From Armatimonadota bacterium (GTDB taxonomy: Bacteria; Vulcanimicrobiota; JACPDS01; JBDRKI01): a stretch of DNA of 19,971 nucleotides. The translations under genes and the position numbers were made by a program. The notes below the pieces were generated by a model. It had not been told where the DNA came from, ran no database searches, and saw only the letters and a program-made list of their open reading frames with translations. The stretch's first letter is position 1. Each line of letters opens with the position of its first letter. This document shows positions 15,217 to 19,971 of this stretch, piece after piece. The stretch covers positions 1-19,971 of the forward strand of contig JBDRKI010000027.1 in the NCBI GenBank assembly GCA_043814095.1, in the 5' to 3' direction.

Positions 15217-17379
15217 TTATATATCAAACATACTCATCTGGTTCTGAGCTTCATATAACCGCTGTGAAAGTTTAGTATAGCGCTTTTCTATCTTGTCATT
15301 TCCCACCGCTATGGATATGGCTTTCCTGCTTCCTATAAGAACCGCAAGCTTTTTTGCCCTTGTTATGGCGGTATAAAGAAGGTTTCTCTGCAGCATAATG
15401 TAGTGGGAAGTTGTAAGGGGCAGTATTATGCAGGGGTATTCGCTTCCCTGGGATTTATGCACCGAGCACGCGTAAGAGAGAACAAGCTCGCCCAGCTCAT
15501 GCGCTTCGTATTTTACGGGATGCCCCCCCGAAAAATCCACGTAAACAATATGGTCTTCTTCGTCAATCTGTGTTATTCTGCCGATATCCCCGTTAAACAC
15601 GCCTTTGTCGTAATTGTTTTTTATCTGCATGACTTTATCGTTTGTCCTGAATCTCCCGTGGGGAAGCTTTATCTCTTTTTTATATTCCTCCGGGGAGTTT
15701 AACATATTCTGCAGGGCGTCATTAAGGTATGATACTCCTATGGTCCCCCTGTACATCGGGGATAATATCTGGATGTCTTCAACGGGGTTGAGCCCGTATT
15801 TTTCAGGCAGCTCGCGCAGGGCAAGATTTATTATTTCTTTAGACGCTTTTTCCTGATCATCTTCTTCTATAAATAGAAAATCATGGGAGCCGGGTTCAAA
15901 TACCGGCATACTGCCCTGGTTAATAAGATGCGAATTTCTTACTATCCAGCTTTCGGCAGATTGCCTGAATATCTGGTTTAAGTGTATTGTTTTAATCTTT
16001 TTGGAAGCTATTAAGTCTCTTAACACGTTCCCCGGTCCCACGGGCGGGAGCTGGTCGGCGTCTCCTACCAAGATAAGGCGCGCCGAGTAGGGGATTGCCT
16101 TCAGGAGAGAGTTGAAAAGGTATATATCAATCATGGATGATTCGTCTATGATGAAAAGATCGGCATTAATTGTTTTATTCTCATCCCTGTTAAAAGTGTG
16201 AGTATGAGGCGAATATTCCAGGAGGCGGTGTATTGTTTTCGCAGGGTGGCCGCTTGCCTGCTCCATTCTTTTGGCGGCGCGTCCCGTGGGCGCGGCCAGT
16301 ATCGTTTTTAATTTAAGCATTCTCGCGAATTCTATAATGCTGTTTATGGTTGTTGTTTTTCCAGTACCCGGTCCGCCCGTAAGGATAAGGATGCCCGACC
16401 TTATGGCCTGTTCAACGGCTTCTTTCTGCGACGGGGCAAGGTTTATGGAGAGTGAACCGAAAAAGTTTTCAAAGTGACGCCTTGTAAGATGCATATTAAA
16501 GGTAAGCATATTAAACTGCATTATTCTTTTTGCCACTTTTTTTTCCATGGCGTATAACGGGGTAAAAAACACGCAGTCTTCCTCTATGATAATTTTATTT
16601 TCCGATGAAAGCGCTTCTATCGCCTGGATTATAAGATTCTGGTCTACGGTTAATATCTCAGAAGCGTTTTTCAGAAGCTCTTTTAAAGGCAGATAAAGAT
16701 GTCCCTGTTCGGACGCGTTTTTAAGGGCGTAAATCACCCCGGATGAAATCCTGTTTCCAGATTCGTTCTGTATACCTGTTTTTTTAGCTATCCTGTCCGC
16801 GGTCATAAATCCTATGCCTGATACTTCATCGGCCAGTTTATAGGGGTTTTCAAGCAGTATGTTTCTGGATTCATCCCCGAATCTCTTATAAATTTTAGCG
16901 CTTAATGAAGGCGATATATCAAATTCCGAGAACTGCGCGAAAAGGTCTTTTATCTGTTTCTGCTGCGCGTAGGTTTCACTTATGGTTTCTGCTTTTTTAG
17001 CGCTTATGCCTGGGGTTTGCGCGAGTTTGCCGGGATCTTTTTCTATTATATTAAGAGTATCCATGCCGAATTTTTCTACGAGTTTTTTCGCGGTGGCGGG
17101 TCCCAGTCCTTTTATTATCCCTGATCCCAAATATCTTTCTAAGGAATCAACGGTCGTCGGTTTTATCTCTTCATAGCCCTTTACGTTAAACTGGTGTCCG
17201 TACTGGTGGTGCGTGGTCCATTCCCCGGTAAGTTTGTAGTTTTCCCCCGTGTTTATTTTGCCGAAATATCCCACAACCGTAACCGGATGCCTGTGGGAAT
17301 AAACCAGGAATCTGGCAACCGTATAATGATTGTCCTGGTTCCTGTAAGTAATATGTTCTACAACGCCTTCAAGCTGCAT
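15217..17379 (-). CDS. recD2: ATP-dependent RecD2-like DNA helicase
   Basis: Start reassigned to ATG 17379 (MQLEGVVEHITY; TAATG overlap with the rnhB stop; GAGG RBS). HhH IKGLGP, Walker A GGPGTGKT, APTGRAA, DESSM, GDADQL, QIFRQ, HKSQGSEY, LYTAITRA. Confidence 0.96.
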   Translation of the reverse strand: MQLEGVVEHITYRNQDNHYTVARFLVYSHRHPVTVVGYFGKINTGENYKLTGEWTTHHQYGHQFNVKGYEEIKPTTVDSLERYLGSGIIKGLGPATAKKLVEKFGMDTLNIIEKDPGKLAQTPGISAKKAETISETYAQQKQIKDLFAQFSEFDISPSLSAKIYKRFGDESRNILLENPYKLADEVSGIGFMTADRIAKKTGIQNESGNRISSGVIYALKNASEQGHLYLPLKELLKNASEILTVDQNLIIQAIEALSSENKIIIEEDCVFFTPLYAMEKKVAKRIMQFNMLTFNMHLTRRHFENFFGSLSINLAPSQKEAVEQAIRSGILILTGGPGTGKTTTINSIIEFARMLKLKTILAAPTGRAAKRMEQASGHPAKTIHRLLEYSPHTHTFNRDENKTINADLFIIDESSMIDIYLFNSLLKAIPYSARLILVGDADQLPPVGPGNVLRDLIASKKIKTIHLNQIFRQSAESWIVRNSHLINQGSMPVFEPGSHDFLFIEEDDQEKASKEIINLALRELPEKYGLNPVEDIQILSPMYRGTIGVSYLNDALQNMLNSPEEYKKEIKLPHGRFRTNDKVMQIKNNYDKGVFNGDIGRITQIDEEDHIVYVDFSGGHPVKYEAHELGELVLSYACSVHKSQGSEYPCIILPLTTSHYIMLQRNLLYTAITRAKKLAVLIGSRKAISIAVGNDKIEKRYTKLSQRLYEAQNQMSMFDI

Positions 17380-18008
17380 TAAAGCCTCATCATTAATTCC
17401 ATTTGTTTGTTTTCTGTGTTTATTATCTCGGCGACCGGAGCGTAATATTTTCTGTGGCACGGAGTTGCCCCGAATTCTTTAAGCGCCTCTAAGTGGGCTT
17501 TACTGCCGTATCCTTTATTTTTATCAAATTTGTAGAGCGGGTACCGTATATGCAGGTTTTGCATTATTTCATCCCTGTGCACTTTGGCAAGAATTGAGGC
17601 GGAGGATATGGTTTTGCACCTCATATCCCCCTTTATTATGGCCTTCTGCGGTATATTTACTCCGGGTACGGTCTGGTTGCCGTCTATTAGAACGCAGTCG
17701 GGTGCGGGATTTAATTTTTCAATACAGTTTTTCATGGCGTAAAGAGTGGCTTTCAGGATATTATGTTCGTTTATATATTCCACGCTTACCGTTTCAATAT
17801 GCCACGCAAGGGAGATTTCTTTTATTTCTTTGCTTAATTTTTCTCTTCTTAAAGCCGTTAGTTTTTTTGAATCCGTTAAACCCTTAAGGTCAAATCTTTC
17901 GGGCAGTATTACCGCCGCGGCAACAACAGGACCGGCCAGAGGACCGCGCCCTGCCTCGTCAACGCCCGCTATTATTTTATACCCCTGATTCCTGAATTCG
18001 TGCTCCAT
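17379..18008 (-). CDS. rnhB: Ribonuclease HII
   Basis: GVDEAGRGPLAGPV, DSKKL, LIDG, KGD, ASILAKVHRD, KGYG. Confidence 0.97.
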   Translation of the reverse strand: MEHEFRNQGYKIIAGVDEAGRGPLAGPVVAAAVILPERFDLKGLTDSKKLTALRREKLSKEIKEISLAWHIETVSVEYINEHNILKATLYAMKNCIEKLNPAPDCVLIDGNQTVPGVNIPQKAIIKGDMRCKTISSASILAKVHRDEIMQNLHIRYPLYKFDKNKGYGSKAHLEALKEFGATPCHRKYYAPVAEIINTENKQMELMMRL

Positions 18009-18009
18009 A

Positions 18010-18519
18010 TTACCTTATTCTTCCCGGCGGCCATATTTTTGCCTGAGCTTTGCCGGTAATTAAATTTTTATCTACTGGGCCGTAAGATCTTGAATCTTCA
18101 CTTTCGGTACGGTTGTCTCCCATCAGGAAAACATACCCCCTTTTTATATTCACGGGGCCGTAATTTTCCCTGAAGAATCCGCAATTAAAATCCTGCGGCA
18201 CATAGCTGTCGTTTATATACAGTAAACCATTAATTATTTGAATCTTTTCTCCTTCAAGCCCTACGACTCTTTTTATAATTTCTTTTTTGGGATTGTAAGG
18301 ACACTTTGAAATTACAACATCAAATCTTTTGAGTTTTGCAATCCGGTACAGGAACAGGTTTGTTATGATTCTAGCGCCTTCGTTAAGAGAGGGAGACATG
18401 GAATTACCGTATATTATGTTTACCCTGAAGAAGAAGCCGGTAATGATGAACGCAGCGATAAGGACTTTAACGGTAAATAAAAAAAGATGCTTTAATTCTT
18501 TGCTGTTTAAATACTGCAT
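18010..18519 (-). CDS. lepB: Signal peptidase I (second, shorter paralog)
   Basis: One TM segment, then GNSMSPSL (catalytic Ser), IIKRVVG (catalytic Lys) and MGDNRTESEDSRSYG. Confidence 0.93.
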   Translation of the reverse strand: MQYLNSKELKHLFLFTVKVLIAAFIITGFFFRVNIIYGNSMSPSLNEGARIITNLFLYRIAKLKRFDVVISKCPYNPKKEIIKRVVGLEGEKIQIINGLLYINDSYVPQDFNCGFFRENYGPVNIKRGYVFLMGDNRTESEDSRSYGPVDKNLITGKAQAKIWPPGRIR

Positions 18520-18534
18520 AATATTATTTAATGA

Positions 18535-19179
18535 TTATTTTAAAATTGTGATCCGCGGAGGCGGCCATATGATTATAAAGGCTTTGCCTACAATATTTTT
18601 TTGAGGCAGGTATCCCCAGACATGGCTGTCGCCGCTGTTTGATCTGTTGTCCCCGAGGACAAAATATTTATTCCTCGGGATGGTTAATTTCTCAAGCTCG
18701 TAATCGGCAAGGTTCTTAACGAAGACCTCATTTTGTTTTTTGCCGTTTAGGTAAAGGTATCCGTCTTTTACCTGCACGGTATCCCCGGGCAGAGCCACTA
18801 TTCTTTTTATGTATTCTTTGTCTCCGGCGTGCGCGGACGGAGGGGGGTAGAAAACCACTATATCGCCTTTTTGGGGATCTGAAAAGCGGTAGATAAATTT
18901 ATTGACAAGTATAAAATCCCATTTTTTTAACGTGGGGTACATTGATTCTGAAGGTATATAGAAAGGCTGTACTATGAACTGTATTATGATTATTGCAGAT
19001 ATGCCGGCTATAATTATAGAATCAACCCATTCTTTTATTACAGCATTTGCCTTCTCTGACAGGAAAAAAGTCCTGTTCTGTGTTTTGCATTTTTTTTCGT
19101 AAAAGTAAAGAAAAAGTCTTATTACGAATAATATCCCGATAAAAGCTGCCAGCTGAGGTATGGTGATGGAAAACGGCAT
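18535..19179 (-). CDS. lepB: Signal peptidase I
   Basis: Two TM segments, then IPSESMYPTL, YIKRIVALPGD and LGDNRSNSGDSHVWG. Confidence 0.95.
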   Translation of the reverse strand: MPFSITIPQLAAFIGILFVIRLFLYFYEKKCKTQNRTFFLSEKANAVIKEWVDSIIIAGISAIIIIQFIVQPFYIPSESMYPTLKKWDFILVNKFIYRFSDPQKGDIVVFYPPPSAHAGDKEYIKRIVALPGDTVQVKDGYLYLNGKKQNEVFVKNLADYELEKLTIPRNKYFVLGDNRSNSGDSHVWGYLPQKNIVGKAFIIIWPPPRITILK

Positions 19180-19231
19180 ATCACAATCATCCTTTTATTT
19201 ATTTTTGGTTTTTCAAGTATCCGGATATAAT

Positions 19232-19257
19232 AGGGCCAAAGTTGTGACTTTGGCCCT
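19232..19257 (-). terminator. Hairpin downstream of rplS (terminator-like or processing/stability hairpin)
   Basis: Perfect 11-bp stem AGGGCCAAAGT / ACTTTGGCCCT with a 4-nt loop. The U-tail on the minus strand is weak (ATTAT), so read-through into lepB is likely. Confidence 0.6.
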
Positions 19258-19281
19258 TATAGCAGTTTCTTATTTAAGTAT

Positions 19282-19629
19282 CTAGGAAGTTTCTTCTTTT
19301 ACCCTTGCTTTTTTACCTACTTTTTCACGGAGGTAGAAAAGCTTCGCGCGTCTTACTCTGCCTTTTTTGGTAACTTTAATATCCACTAATCTGGGTGAAT
19401 GTAAAGGTATGGTTCTTTCAACGCCTATGCCGTGTACGGCTATTTTTCTTAAGGTGAAAACTTCGGCGGTGCTTGATCCTTTTCTTTCAATGCATATGCC
19501 TTCAAAAGCCTGCACTCTTTCCTTGCCGCCTTCTATAACCTTAATTTTAGCCTGAACGGTATCGCCGACTTTAAAATCAGCTATATCTTTCCTAAGCTGT
19601 TCTTTTTGCAGTAAGTTTATGTAATCCAT
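19282..19629 (-). CDS. rplS: 50S ribosomal protein L19
   Basis: FKVGDTV, KVIEGGKERVQAFEG, GIGVER, GRVRRAKLFYLR. RBS GGGAGG. Confidence 0.99.
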   Translation of the reverse strand: MDYINLLQKEQLRKDIADFKVGDTVQAKIKVIEGGKERVQAFEGICIERKGSSTAEVFTLRKIAVHGIGVERTIPLHSPRLVDIKVTKKGRVRRAKLFYLREKVGKKARVKEETS

Positions 19630-19697
19630 AATTTTCCTCCCGTATGATTATGCATGTACTTTTATTTATAAATATAAGGATATTTTTCAACCGAGTG

Positions 19698-19726
19698 ATT
19701 ATAACACATATATATTTATATATCAA
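19698..19726 (-). promoter_or_regulatory. Sigma70 promoter of rplS
   Basis: Minus strand TTGATA-N17-TATAAT with a TGn extended -10. Confidence 0.8.
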
Positions 19727-19898
19727 TAGCAGAGGGGAGTCAACAGGGATGAAGAATAAAGGTGTCCATAAATGACATTTTTATCGTATTGGGTAAAAAG
19801 TTTATTGGTTAAAAGAGCAACACAAAAGGATATATGGCCCCATATTGTAGAATAGTTATTAAAGACGGCGGAGGAAGGACTGGAACAAAAATTTTTAT

Positions 19899-19970
19899 TT
19901 AAGAAGTATTGAATCTAATCTGGATACGGGTATTTAGCAACTCGTCGATCTCATCAGGATTGAGAGATTT
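19899..19970 (-). CDS. Possible C-terminal end of an upstream gene (partial)
   Basis: Open frame from the window edge, KSLNPDEIDELLNTRIQIRFNTS*. Too short to confirm or identify. Confidence 0.3.
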   Translation of the reverse strand, partial: KSLNPDEIDELLNTRIQIRFNTS

Positions 19971-19971
19971 G

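Noticed and set aside
17380-17460. 27-aa N-terminal extension of RecD2 in the ORF track
   Set aside because: It overlaps rnhB. The RecD2-like sequence begins at MQLEGVVE (ATG 17379), which has an RBS and a TAATG coupling.
682-19555. Short antisense or out-of-frame ORFs in the track (e.g. 682-882, 4176-4454, 8671-8994, 9120-9593, 12584-12874, 15403-15702, 17594-17887, 18329-18604)
   Set aside because: They lie within or opposite better-supported genes, lack recognisable motifs, and show the Phe/Ser/Ile-rich composition typical of shadow frames.
19749-19902. Tiny plus-strand ORFs (8-27 aa) upstream of rplS
   Set aside because: Too short, with no recognisable motif or convincing support.

Overview
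AT-rich bacterial chromosomal segment with Terrabacteria/Firmicutes-like gene content (short SigA-type RpoD, RecD2, rplS-lepB-rnhB order); the exact taxon cannot be determined from the sequence. From left to right: the right end of an ISL3-family IS that the ORF track misses; a secreted orphan plus a universal stress protein (-); dnaG-rpoD plus a Zn-dependent phospholipase C/P1-like gene (+); a secreted protein with tandem pseudopilin-like domains; a geranylgeranyl-reductase-family flavoprotein and a PilZ protein (-); two orphan genes and an MFS transporter (+); a self-contained three-gene operon led by an anthrax-lethal-factor-like (HExxH) zinc metalloprotease; a YprB-like DEDD exonuclease; an AbiEi/AbiEii type IV toxin-antitoxin pair; and recD2-rnhB-lepB-lepB-rplS (-). 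The best candidate for an undescribed system is the protease operon (10947-13182). It has four GTTAAC hexamers at exact 11-bp phase just upstream of a near-consensus sigma70 promoter, then the protease, two small orphan genes and a terminator. The same phased motif precedes the orphan pair at 8476-9666, suggesting a shared OmpR/PhoB-type regulon. Other oddities are a ~35-aa insertion in RpoD region 3 and an 18-bp perfect palindrome overlapping a sigmaH-like promoter between usp and dnaG. All family calls come from motifs recognised by eye; no database searches were run.
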